This document shows positions 27,701 to 36,317 of a DNA stretch of 64,000 bases, piece by piece. The stretch's first letter is position 1. The number at the start of each line of letters is the position of its first letter. Source of the DNA: a bacterium (lineage in GTDB: Bacteria > Patescibacteriota > Patescibacteriia > Veblenbacterales > UBA10138); the NCBI GenBank assembly GCA_020057885.1, contig JAGVEX010000019.1, positions 8,165-72,164 on the forward strand, in the 5' to 3' direction. Below the pieces are notes generated by a model that had not been told where the DNA came from, did no database searches, and saw only the letters and a list, made by a program, of their open reading frames with translations. The translations under genes and the position numbers were made by a program.

Positions 27701-30320
27701 TCATTTTTGTCGCTGGAGGGCCATAACTTGGAGCAATCCACCCAGAACTAAAAGGATCGGCTAATTCGTAACCCGGTCCTCCACCATAGGCCGCCCTAAA
27801 ATCCGCGCTTAAGTAATTTATTTTTGGATTGGGTTCGTGCGCTTCAAAATAGGTTAATTGCGTCATATAATCGCTAAATTTCCAAGGTCCATTAACATAA
27901 AAAACGTCTTCCGAGCCTACACCATTAATTTTATCCGCACCCATACGACTAAACTGTATGTTATTGAATGTCTCAATATCACCCATGGTATGATAGGTTA
28001 TCAACTTCTGACCGCCAAATTTTTGCTGATACTTGTTTCTGATATTGTTCAGTGCTGTGTCATATCCTACTTGCCACATACCTGCAACAAGCGCTTCTCC
28101 TCCTTCTGACCAATCATTTACACCATTTCTATTTAAATCAACATTATTGTAGGCAAAAGGCATTTGCCAGCTACCATCGCTTCCAATACCGTCAAACGCA
28201 TTCCAGTCAACCTGCGTATCTATAAGAACCCTGGGGAACGCAGTATTATATTTTTCATTTGTGACCATATCATTATATGGTCCCACGGACCCTGTATAAC
28301 TGGGAGCATTATCTGTAATATCAACCATGCCAGGTGCATAACTTATTGGGAATCTTAAGCTATTTGATTGGCGTATGTACCATTGTTCTGGAATATAATC
28401 TATGCGGCCATGATAAAATGGCCCACCCACATTCCAGTCGGTTGTTGCCAAGTAATATGCATTAGGATTAAGTGCGCGTGTTTTCTTTATCCGCTCCGCG
28501 TCTCTGGCGAGAGTGATAACCATATCGAATTTACTCAAATATTCCGGCGATCCACTCCCCCATTGCAAAACATAAGTTCTGGGAAAATCATGATTGCTAT
28601 CTTTTAAGGCGGTTGGTGTTGAAATTATTGTATTCGCTACCGTCACCGTTATGGGCGCAGAAATACCTATATTTCCCGCCGCATCCCGCGCCACAACGGT
28701 TATGGAATGAGAACTATTCGCCACAGAGGCAGAATTCCAAGAAATAGAATATGGAGAAGTGGTGTCTTCAGAACCAACATTTAAACCATCTACGCGGAAT
28801 TGAACACCTGCTACACCTACGTTATCAGTAGCAGAGGCGGAAAGTGTAATTGTTCCAGAAGCTGTAAATCCGCTTACGGGAGCAATAACAGAAACGGACG
28901 GCGAAGTTGTATCACTGGACGAAATCGTTTGCGTTGTTCCAGAAACAGAGACGGATTGGGACGAAATATTTCCAGCGGCATCATAAGCAGACACAGTATA
29001 ACTGTAGGTGGTAGCGGCAATGAGGCTAGTATTGGAATATGATGTAGTGTTAGAAGTTCCTATTTGAGTGCCACTTCGATAAATACGGTATCCAACAACA
29101 CCTACATTATCGGTAGATGCAGTCCAAGAAAGATTAAGTTGAGACGAGGAGATGGGGATTACGGTAAGTCCTGTGGGGACAGAAGGAAATTGGGTATCAG
29201 CGGAAGGCGAAGAATTTACTGTGACAGTCCGCACTCCAGATGTATTTATGCTCCCTAAAGTATCTGTCGCAGAAGCAGAAAATGTATAACTACCACTTAA
29301 AAGATTTGTTTGCGTATTTTCAAAACTCCATTTGGTAGTATCGTATTTTCTAAAGGCGGAGGTATAGGCTTGCTGAATTTCAGTAGCACTAAGTGCTCGA
29401 TTCCATACCTTTACTTCATCCAACAGTCCGTTGTATCCATTAAGAATTCCGCAACAACTAGCATATCCTATCTCCAGCGGACTAATGGTATTAGGAACAA
29501 AGGCGGTAGTATTAACGGAACTGGATTGAAGAGTGCCATTAATATACATACGCTGTACGCTTCCATCGTAAGTAACCACAACCTGAGTCCAGGTATTTAC
29601 AGGAATTACTTGATTAGAAATAAGATCTGTATATCCTAATCCACGCCCATTGGCAAGATTGTAAATAATTCTTCCATCAGAAAGCTTAGTAATTCTAAAT
29701 CCTTCACCTTCTCCCATTTTATTAAATATAGTAGAGGCAAGAGAACTGCTTCTAGGGTTAACCCACAATTCTACTGTGTGTCTACTTAGGGTATTAAGAC
29801 TAGAGCTAGTGTTAATTAAAATATTTCCTGTTGTGCCTGTAAAATTCATCGCCTGGCCATATTTCCCAGTTGTCCAAGGGCACCCCGTACCTAAATTAGT
29901 ACAAGTTCCTTTGTTAGCATACAAAGAAGCATCGGTTACGGTAGTAGATGATAAACTTTCGCCTAAAGCAGTAATATTATCAAAATTAAACATGGCCACC
30001 AGAGAATTGTTGTATATGGCATAGCTTTGATTATTCCAATTCCATAAAAACTCTCTTATCCCGGCTGTATTGGTAATATCCATAATAACCGGTACAGTGC
30101 CTGCTGAAAAATTAGCACTGTTGGCTGGAGTAGTTATAGAAATCATAGATGTATCAGCTACTAATTGCACTCCCGCCACTCGAGTATTAGGTTGTAAAAT
30201 TGTTTTATAAACAAACAAAAATCCATGATTGTTACTAAACCAAAATCCGCCAGCCAAAGAAATAGTTAGTGCTAATATGCTAAATAAATTTCTCTTCATA
30301 ACCATATTAATAATCTCCAA
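24798..30320 (-). CDS. Giant (1840 aa) secreted multidomain protein. Domains include LamG/ConA-like, fibronectin-III, bacterial Ig-like, a central glycoside-hydrolase-like region with a golvesin-C-terminal-like domain, duplicated Ig-like modules, thrombospondin-type-3 repeats and a duplicated C-terminal module.
   Basis: The signal peptide is MVMKRNLFSILALTISLAGG. The LamG motif is LDEVKVWNRALSATEIQ. The FN3 region reads PTGLTVIPISSSQLNLSWTAS..YRIYRSG. The golvesin-like signature is GQYRVYEWHGWYGANQTNMEATNVPATIVHTGG...NQRVNPGQWNLLGTYSFDN...GYVLADAFKFV. The TSP3 region reads DTDKDGLEDKLE..DSDGDGYLDGDE. The C-terminal ...ILLQVE..G.AWY...G.R.Y..DGDSAY module appears twice. Confidence 0.8.
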   Translation of the reverse strand: MEIINMVMKRNLFSILALTISLAGGFWFSNNHGFLFVYKTILQPNTRVAGVQLVADTSMISITTPANSANFSAGTVPVIMDITNTAGIREFLWNWNNQSYAIYNNSLVAMFNFDNITALGESLSSTTVTDASLYANKGTCTNLGTGCPWTTGKYGQAMNFTGTTGNILINTSSSLNTLSRHTVELWVNPRSSSLASTIFNKMGEGEGFRITKLSDGRIIYNLANGRGLGYTDLISNQVIPVNTWTQVVVTYDGSVQRMYINGTLQSSSVNTTAFVPNTISPLEIGYASCCGILNGYNGLLDEVKVWNRALSATEIQQAYTSAFRKYDTTKWSFENTQTNLLSGSYTFSASATDTLGSINTSGVRTVTVNSSPSADTQFPSVPTGLTVIPISSSQLNLSWTASTDNVGVVGYRIYRSGTQIGTSNTTSYSNTSLIAATTYSYTVSAYDAAGNISSQSVSVSGTTQTISSSDTTSPSVSVIAPVSGFTASGTITLSASATDNVGVAGVQFRVDGLNVGSEDTTSPYSISWNSASVANSSHSITVVARDAAGNIGISAPITVTVANTIISTPTALKDSNHDFPRTYVLQWGSGSPEYLSKFDMVITLARDAERIKKTRALNPNAYYLATTDWNVGGPFYHGRIDYIPEQWYIRQSNSLRFPISYAPGMVDITDNAPSYTGSVGPYNDMVTNEKYNTAFPRVLIDTQVDWNAFDGIGSDGSWQMPFAYNNVDLNRNGVNDWSEGGEALVAGMWQVGYDTALNNIRNKYQQKFGGQKLITYHTMGDIETFNNIQFSRMGADKINGVGSEDVFYVNGPWKFSDYMTQLTYFEAHEPNPKINYLSADFRAAYGGGPGYELADPFSSGWIAPSYGPPATKMKEFYRYMRWMLGWALMKDVYFSIQDAEHNYYLYYDEFDANLGHPKGPAIDLSNGAWVRFFDNGAYIVNPDNCNDTRTVTVTNTMLQGLSGYAGPYYRLKGNQDPTWNNGQLFTSITLQKNLSPRNPGRKCTDYIGDGILLVTQPNKTVVSDIYVDNAYAGTSPGSDYAAMTGFSWDTMASSNPETNINPAWTPGGYRDEPITPENPNNFRPIWHKQHYAPAGNGSATAVFRPTINVPGQYRVYEWHGWYGANQTNMEATNVPATIVHTGGTANLTINQRVNPGQWNLLGTYSFDNSHASITITNNANGYVLADAFKFVYAGSTNSSDTTPPTISIVSPTANQIFTTNSASVSGTTFDNASVSLVRVRVNGGTWQTATGTTSWNATLTLASGSNLIEAQAIDSSNLNSAIQSVSVTYNITNVTPPPVDTTPPIIALTSPTANQIFNTANITVSGTASDNAAISSVRVRVNGSVWQTATGTTSWNATLTLASGSNIIEAQAIDGSGLMSIIISRTAIYRILDTILPEISITEPVTGSIISGEVVTISATATDNVGVVGVQFQLNGTNLGTELAVNPYTIEWDTTNAIDKIYTLIAVARDAAGNQAVSSPISIIVKNIIPDIIPAHPSQIEDDTPPIIIIFSPKTGSTMSNIITLFAKASDNISVADVQFKLNGVDIGNKITTSPYTIKWDTTQSTNGQYPITAVASDAVGNKATSTSVIVTVNNIPIKTTSGGGGGSSTTNLKPSTFIPAPATQKLPTFSATPVIPSTSTAVVAQEKLVSRAIDTKLTNRLKGRILLQVENNGYAWYLDPKTGKRFYLKDGDSAYTALKTFGLGINNADLAKISVGVGSYSQLNDTDKDGLEDKLEVAIGTNPNNPDSDGDGYLDGDEIKNNYNPLLVGGKKLSLNLKLSNRLNGKILLQVESRGEAWYVLDGKRYYMGDGDSAYQVMRSKSLGIKNDDLRKIEVGEFE
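26200..26587. repeat. Tandem in-frame duplication of about 298 bp inside the second giant gene. The two copies share an almost identical 88-bp core.
   Basis: CAATAGCTTGCGCTTC...CTACCTGAAGCTAAAGTTAAAGTAGCATTCCAAGAGGTTGTGCCAGTGGCAGTTTGCCA appears at 26200-26288 and again at 26498-26587. The encoded protein segment RVRVNG..WQTATGTTSWNATLTLASGSN.IEAQAID is duplicated. Confidence 0.75.
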
Positions 30321-30364
30321 TTTTTTAGTTTAATTTTTGGCTAATACTATTGATTTATATACTA

Positions 30365-30394
30365 ATTTTAGCACAAAAATGACCTTTTGTCAAC
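30365..30394 (-). promoter_or_regulatory. Candidate sigma70-type promoter for the second giant gene.
   Basis: The minus strand reads TTGACA, then a 17-nt spacer, then TAAAAT. This is about 45 nt upstream of the ATG at 30320. Confidence 0.4.
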
Positions 30395-30458
30395 GCCAAC
30401 TGGTAATGTCCACACATATTGCGCTTTTTGTAGTGTTATAATTTACCCATAAATCAAA

Positions 30459-30498
30459 ATACCCTGCCCCGTTAAATATCGGGGCAGGGTATTTTTTA
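30459..30498 (-). terminator. Intrinsic terminator after hisS. The hairpin is symmetric and may act in both directions.
   Basis: ATACCCTGCCCCGTTAAATATCGGGGCAGGGTAT is flanked by T-runs on both strands. Confidence 0.55.
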
Positions 30499-30507
30499 AG
30501 AACAAGT

Positions 30508-31881
30508 TTAACTAACTGTTAAAATATTAGACTGTCTGGCTACTAAACGTTTTTTAACCTCTTCCACCACTTTCTTTAAATCAACAATTTCTTGAATACC
30601 ATTTTCCATATCGCGCACAATAATAGTTCCATCCATTAATTCTTTTTGTCCCAACACCAAAGCAAACTTCACCCCCAAGCGATTCGCAATTTCTAATTGA
30701 CTCTTTAGGCCTTCTTTAGTAAAACTTTCCGCTACTCTTATACCCTGCCGACGTAAATCTTCAAAAAGTTTAAAAGCTCTTTTACGAGAAGCTTCTCCCA
30801 AACAAGCTAAAAATAAATCTGGCGCGGGTGCGGTTGGCACTGCTATTTGCCTTACTTTAAGTTCATTAATAATCCGCTCCACACCACCACCAAAACCAAC
30901 GGACGGAGTAGGTTGTCCGCCGAGCTCGCTAACTAAATTATCATAACGTCCGCCGCCAGCTAAAACTGTTTTGCCTTCATCTCCTCCCCATACTTCAAAT
31001 ACTGTCCTAGTGTAATAATCAAGACCACGTACCAAATAAGGATTAAGCTGATAAGCTAACTCAACTTCATCAAGATATTCCAATAATCTGGTAAAATGGT
31101 TTTTACAAATTTCACACAAAAAATCAACCATCTGTGGAGCGTTTTTGGCAAGCTCGTGGCATTCTTCTTGTTTACAATCTAAAATACGTAAAGGATTACG
31201 CTGTAAGCGTCGTTTACAATCTTCGCACAAAACAGAACGCTTGGTTTTATAATAATCCTGCAAAGCCTGCTTATAAGCTGGTCGGCAAGCCTGGCAACCA
31301 ACACTATTAATTTGAATAGTGACCGGCAGTTTTAGATTTTCAAATAAAGCGGCGGCTAATAAAATTAACTGTGTATCGGCAGTAGCTTGAGCCTCGCCAA
31401 ATATTTCAAAATTAAGTTGCCAAAATTGGCGAAAACGACCAGCCTGAGGACGCTCATGACGGAATAGTTGGCCAAAAGAATAAAGCTTAACTGGTTGTGG
31501 CAATGACAACATACCATGCTCAATATAAGCCCTAGCTATACCAGCAGTATACTCCGGCCTTAAGCTCAAATGATCCTCTGATTGATCAACAAAGGAATAC
31601 ATTTCTTTTTCAACAATATCCGTGGTACTGCCAATAGCACGCGTGAATAAATTTGTTTTTTCCAAAATTGGTGTTTCAATTCTTTCAAAACTATATGATA
31701 AAGCGTACTCTTGTACTTGGGCCCATAAAAAATTCCACCAACTCCATTCTGTTGGTAAAATATCACGCATACCGCGCACTAACTGTGGCGGGATTATTTT
31801 CTTAACCTTAATAACAGCTTCACCAGTGGCTGATTTATCTTGTTTATCTATTTTTTCTTTTTCCATAGTTGATAATGACAT
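30508..31881 (-). CDS. hisS: Histidine--tRNA ligase.
   Basis: Class II aaRS motifs are present, including the HisRS motif-3 LAGGGRYDNLV. The protein is 457 aa. Confidence 0.9.
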   Translation of the reverse strand: MSLSTMEKEKIDKQDKSATGEAVIKVKKIIPPQLVRGMRDILPTEWSWWNFLWAQVQEYALSYSFERIETPILEKTNLFTRAIGSTTDIVEKEMYSFVDQSEDHLSLRPEYTAGIARAYIEHGMLSLPQPVKLYSFGQLFRHERPQAGRFRQFWQLNFEIFGEAQATADTQLILLAAALFENLKLPVTIQINSVGCQACRPAYKQALQDYYKTKRSVLCEDCKRRLQRNPLRILDCKQEECHELAKNAPQMVDFLCEICKNHFTRLLEYLDEVELAYQLNPYLVRGLDYYTRTVFEVWGGDEGKTVLAGGGRYDNLVSELGGQPTPSVGFGGGVERIINELKVRQIAVPTAPAPDLFLACLGEASRKRAFKLFEDLRRQGIRVAESFTKEGLKSQLEIANRLGVKFALVLGQKELMDGTIIVRDMENGIQEIVDLKKVVEEVKKRLVARQSNILTVS

Positions 31882-31884
31882 AAT

Positions 31885-32526
31885 TTAAATGGTTATTGAG
31901 TTGGTATTAAAAACTGTCCAACGATCAAACGGCCAACCACGAATCCAAATACGACCAATGATCTCGCGTTTAATAATTGGGCCAAAACTACGGGAATCCA
32001 TACTCGCACTTCTGTTATCACCCATTACATAATATTGTTGCTCTCCTAGCACTGCATCAAGATAAGATGGGGTTTGGCCTTGAGTGCGCACCCATTCACC
32101 CAAATAAGACTCCTTATATAATTTTAATTCACTACCGTTTTCACCCAGCCAAACTTCTCCATCACGCACCACCACGCGATCACCTGGCAAACCGATTACT
32201 CTTTTAATAAAATACTGCTTAGGATCACGCGGATAACGGAATACTATTACCTCACCACGATGTGGCTCTCGCCAACGATAAGATATTTCATCAATCAACA
32301 AATAATCATGATCCAAAAAAGTAGGCTCCATGGAAGCTCCTTTAACATAAAAAGGTTGTACCAAAAAATAACGAATTGGTAAAATAATAGCCAGTGACAA
32401 AAGTGCCACTTTCATCACTTCCCAAAAAAACAACAAAGCGGTTTTTAAATAACTCATCATAAATAAATTTAGTTTGAAAATAAAGTAGATTAAATTATAA
32501 ATTTTTTTGATATTTTGGCCTGCCAT
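31885..32526 (-). CDS. lepB: Signal peptidase I (S26 family).
   Basis: The catalytic Ser box GASMEPTF and the Lys box are present, together with a ...YYVMGDNRSASMDSR box. Confidence 0.85.
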   Translation of the reverse strand: MAGQNIKKIYNLIYFIFKLNLFMMSYLKTALLFFWEVMKVALLSLAIILPIRYFLVQPFYVKGASMEPTFLDHDYLLIDEISYRWREPHRGEVIVFRYPRDPKQYFIKRVIGLPGDRVVVRDGEVWLGENGSELKLYKESYLGEWVRTQGQTPSYLDAVLGEQQYYVMGDNRSASMDSRSFGPIIKREIIGRIWIRGWPFDRWTVFNTNSITI

Positions 32527-32588
32527 GTACCAAGGTTAAACAATTAGTATATGGCCTGCCATGTACCCGAGCACAAGCGAGTGGTACA

Positions 32589-32665
32589 TGGTGGATGATA
32601 CTGGATTCGAACCAGTGACCTCTGCAATGTGAATGCAGCGCTCTAACCAGCTGAGCTAATCATCC
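32589..32665 (-). tRNA. tRNA-Val (anticodon CAC), with encoded CCA.
   Basis: The minus strand reads GGATGATTAGCTCAGCTGGTTAGAGCGCTGCATTCACATTGCAGAGGTCACTGGTTCGAATCCAGTATCATCCACCA. It folds as a cloverleaf with a 7-bp acceptor and anticodon loop TTCACAT. Confidence 0.85.
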
Positions 32666-32808
32666 TTAAAAATCACTTTAATATAACCCGCCTTTAGATA
32701 ATTACCTGTTTTTCTGTTTTTAGGCTAAGATAAAACTTTAAATTAACGCTAGGTTGACAGCCAAACAGACCGAATGGTAACATCTTTTATACTGGCTGTA
32801 AAGTAACT

Positions 32809-34158
32809 ATGACAACATTAAACCCTCAAACTATCTTACCGCCCTCTGCACCAGCTGTGACTCGAGGGAAATTTTTTTTGTACGCCCTGATAATTATTAC
32901 TTTTCTGGGCGGTGGTTGGCTGTTGCAACAACCACGCGTACAAGTGACTATTGTAGAATGGAATAAATATTCCTTGTGGGAAAACGTTAAAAGATTAGCT
33001 GGTAGCGAAGACTTATTGTTAAAAGGCGAAAATGAGGGGCGTATTAACTTTTTAATACTAGGTCAGGGTGGAGTAGTACACGACGGTCCTTATCTTACAG
33101 ATACTATCATTTTAGCTAGTATAAAGCCAGACACTAAACAAGTGGCTTTGTTATCTCTCCCACGTGACCTGGTCGTTAACATACCTAGCTGGGGATTTAA
33201 AAAAATAAATAGCGCTAACGCTTATGGTGAAGAAAAAGGTACAGGGCAGGGAGCCGTGCTAGCCACTGAAGTAGTTAATAAATTAGTTAATTTGCCGATC
33301 CATTATTATATAAGACTTGATTTTGATGGTTTTAAAAAAATTATTGATCAGATCGGCGGAGTATCAATTAACATTGAGCGTAGTTTTACTGACAATCAAT
33401 TTCCCACTGAAAAAAATGGTTACACTACTATAAGTTTTGAGGCGGGATGGCAATTACTTTCGGGTGAGCAAGCTTTACAGTACACGCGCTCGCGTCATGG
33501 TAATAATGGTGAAAGCTCTGACTTTGCGCGCGCCAAAAGACAACAACAAGTTTTGTTGGCAGTTAAAGAAAAATTATTTTCTGCTTCCACGCTTTTTAAT
33601 CCAAGCCTAGTACTTAAACTCTATCGTACTTTTAGTCAAAGTGTCGACACTAATCTAGGGGCAGGCGAAGCGGTTAAATTGGTACACCTAATTCGTTCTA
33701 TTAAATCCAAAGATATTTCTACGCGTGTGCTTGATACTTCGCCTGGTGGACTATTACATGAAACCGTTGGTGTTGATGGCGCTTACTTATTGGTGCCAAA
33801 CGTAGCTGATTATAGTGAAATAAAAAATCTGGCAAATAATATTTTTGATATTAACCGTGTGGCAGCCGAAGAGGCAAAGGTAATAATAGAAAATGGTACT
33901 ACTACCGTGGGTTTAGGCGAAGCCACGGCTCTTAGTTTAAAAAGTCAAGGATTTAATATTACACAAGTTACCAATGCTACCACTGGTGATTTTGTCCGTA
34001 CACTATTGTATGATTACTCTGGTGGGTCTAAGCCTATCACCCGACAAATTTTAGAGGCTATTTTTCACACCCAAGCTTTAAATTTGGAAAAAACAACAGC
34101 CAACGATGTCCCGCCTGATTTTCGTATTATATTAGGAGCAAATTACCTAATACCATAA
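32809..34158 (+). CDS. LytR-CpsA-Psr (LCP) family cell-wall glycopolymer transferase with an N-terminal TM anchor.
   Basis: The LCP core reads INFLILGQGG...TDTIILASIKPDTKQVALLSLPRDL...IDQIGGVSIN. Confidence 0.8.
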   Translation: MTTLNPQTILPPSAPAVTRGKFFLYALIIITFLGGGWLLQQPRVQVTIVEWNKYSLWENVKRLAGSEDLLLKGENEGRINFLILGQGGVVHDGPYLTDTIILASIKPDTKQVALLSLPRDLVVNIPSWGFKKINSANAYGEEKGTGQGAVLATEVVNKLVNLPIHYYIRLDFDGFKKIIDQIGGVSINIERSFTDNQFPTEKNGYTTISFEAGWQLLSGEQALQYTRSRHGNNGESSDFARAKRQQQVLLAVKEKLFSASTLFNPSLVLKLYRTFSQSVDTNLGAGEAVKLVHLIRSIKSKDISTRVLDTSPGGLLHETVGVDGAYLLVPNVADYSEIKNLANNIFDINRVAAEEAKVIIENGTTTVGLGEATALSLKSQGFNITQVTNATTGDFVRTLLYDYSGGSKPITRQILEAIFHTQALNLEKTTANDVPPDFRIILGANYLIP

Positions 34159-34167
34159 ACTAAATAT

Positions 34168-35451
34168 ATGAAACAAGCTGCTGTACTGGTGGGTAGAACT
34201 AACGTCGGTAAATCAACTTTATTTAACCGCTTGATTGGTCGTGGTCGCGCGATTGTTTCAGCCGAAGCTGGCACTACCCGTGATTTAAACCAAGGCATTG
34301 TAAAATGGAGAGGAATTGATTTTTGGTTAATTGATACTGGCGGTAGTGATCCAAATGCGAACGATCCTGCAGGCAAATTAAGTGTTAAACAAATGGAACG
34401 CGCTGTTGCTAAGGCGTGCGTTTTGATTTTAGTAATTGATGGACAAACTGGCCTATTACCAGCCGACAGAAATTTAGCCCAACGTTTAAGAAAATTAAAA
34501 AAACCGGTTATTTTAGTAATCAATAAAATTGACAGCTTATCTAAACGCACGTCAGCTGAAAAAATTTCTCTCGGTTTCAAAAATACTTTTTTAGTATCGG
34601 CTCAAAACGGCAATGGCCTGGGTGATTTATTAGATTGTGTTATTGAATACCTGCCGCCAGCCGCCATTACCGAACCAAAATTAAAATTAGCTTTTTTAGG
34701 AAAAACTAATGTTGGTAAATCTTCGCTGTTTAATAAATTATTAAAAGAAGAACGAAGTATTGTTTTGTCTACTCCTCATACTACTAGGGACAGATTGCAT
34801 GATTATATTGAAATTGATAATACTCTATTAGAGCTCATTGATACAGCTGGCGTTAGACGTCAACTCAGCAAAGCTAATCGCTTAGAACAGCAAAGTGTTG
34901 AGCAAAGTTTAGGAGCTTTAGAGGAAATTGATGTTGCTATATTAGTGGTAGATGCCGCCGATGAACCAACTTGGCAAGAACAACACTTGGGGGGATTAAT
35001 AACAGAAGCACAAACAGCTTGCGTGGTATTACTTAACAAAGCCGACTTAATACCTTTTGATCAACGTAAAAATATAATAAAAAAGCTAGGACGTTTTCTG
35101 CCTATGCTCTCCTTTGCTTCTATTTTATGGGTCTCGGCCAAAGATGGAGAAGGAGTTAATAAAATTATTCCTGAGGCCAAGATGGCGGCGGCGGACTGGG
35201 GTAAAACGTTAGATAGCAAAGAACTTGTTCGTTTTTTTAATTTTCTTAAAAAAACCAAAACTACAAGTAAATTGCCTTTAAAGCAACTGGAACAAATCAA
35301 CACCAAACCACCACGATTTTTACTACACCTTAAAACTAAGGAAAATCCGCCTTGGGCCATAGGCCAATGGGTAGAAACCAAACTAAGACAATTTTATAAT
35401 TTTAAAGGCACGCCTGTTAAGGTTAGACTAATGGGTACGCGCAAAAATTAA
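34168..35451 (+). CDS. der: Ribosome-biogenesis GTPase Der/EngA (tandem GTPase domains).
   Basis: Two P-loops are present (GRTNVGKSTLFN and GKTNVGKSSLFN), together with a KH-like C-terminus. Confidence 0.9.
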   Translation: MKQAAVLVGRTNVGKSTLFNRLIGRGRAIVSAEAGTTRDLNQGIVKWRGIDFWLIDTGGSDPNANDPAGKLSVKQMERAVAKACVLILVIDGQTGLLPADRNLAQRLRKLKKPVILVINKIDSLSKRTSAEKISLGFKNTFLVSAQNGNGLGDLLDCVIEYLPPAAITEPKLKLAFLGKTNVGKSSLFNKLLKEERSIVLSTPHTTRDRLHDYIEIDNTLLELIDTAGVRRQLSKANRLEQQSVEQSLGALEEIDVAILVVDAADEPTWQEQHLGGLITEAQTACVVLLNKADLIPFDQRKNIIKKLGRFLPMLSFASILWVSAKDGEGVNKIIPEAKMAAADWGKTLDSKELVRFFNFLKKTKTTSKLPLKQLEQINTKPPRFLLHLKTKENPPWAIGQWVETKLRQFYNFKGTPVKVRLMGTRKN

Positions 35452-35473
35452 TAATATTCTATACTATAAATGT

Positions 35474-36031
35474 ATGAAACTAATTGTTGGTTTGGGCAAT
35501 CCAGGTAAAAAATACGAGGATACTAGGCATAATCTTGGATTTATGGTAGTAGAAAAAATTTGCCGTGAAGCAGAAGGCTCCTGGGAGTTTAAACCATCAA
35601 AGGAGGATAAAATTTGCCGCTTAAAATTGACAGACCAAGGCATTATTTTGCTTGAGCCTCAAACCTATATGAATGAATCTGGTAAAAGTGTGCACGAAGT
35701 AGCAAATTTTTATAAAATTACCACAGCCGATATTTGGGTAGTACACGATGATTTAGATTTACCAATTGGCCAAGCGCGTTTATCTAAAGATAGCACAGCA
35801 GCCGGACACAAAGGCGTGCAAAGTATTATTGATAATTTAGGCACCAAAAATTTTTATCGTTTTCGCATCGGTATTGGTAAACCTATTGATCAAAAACCAG
35901 TCGAGGATTATGTTTTAGAAAAATTCACAACCAGTGAAAAAACTATAATTAAAGAAGTTGTAGAAAAAACGGTAAAATTAATCATCAGCTCTGTAACAAA
36001 TGGCTTGCCTAAAAATATCTCTGATTTTTAA
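35474..36031 (+). CDS. pth: Peptidyl-tRNA hydrolase.
   Basis: MKLIVGLGNPGKKYEDTRHNLGF is the canonical Pth N-terminus. Confidence 0.9.
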   Translation: MKLIVGLGNPGKKYEDTRHNLGFMVVEKICREAEGSWEFKPSKEDKICRLKLTDQGIILLEPQTYMNESGKSVHEVANFYKITTADIWVVHDDLDLPIGQARLSKDSTAAGHKGVQSIIDNLGTKNFYRFRIGIGKPIDQKPVEDYVLEKFTTSEKTIIKEVVEKTVKLIISSVTNGLPKNISDF

Positions 36032-36037
36032 AACAAA

Positions 36038-36062
36038 AAACTCCGCGAATGGCGGAGTTTGT
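36038..36062 (+). terminator. Hairpin terminator after pth.
   Basis: AAACTCCGCGAATGGCGGAGTTT is followed by a T-rich tract. Confidence 0.5.
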
Positions 36063-36317
36063 ATGTATTTTAGCCTACTTACCAGCGTTAATTTAAACCA
36101 GTAAACTGATCTAAATTAACTTTGCAGATAACTCTCGTTAAAGGAGGGGTCACAAGAGAAATCACTGGCAAGCAGGCTAAAATACACCAAAACAAATACT
36201 TTAAAGAACTAATTATCGTATTGTAAGTACACCCACTTTAGCACCACGATGGTCCGCTGTCAAGAGGGTGACTTTAGATATATTCACCTAATAATAAACT
36301 AAGTTTAATTATCCAGC

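Noticed and set aside
25342-30024. Plus-strand ORFs inside the second giant gene.
   Set aside because: Same reasoning as above. They are antisense to a continuous 1840-aa ORF that has clear domain content.
34143-34580. 145-aa minus-strand ORF overlapping der.
   Set aside because: It is antisense to the well-supported tandem-GTPase gene and has no motifs.
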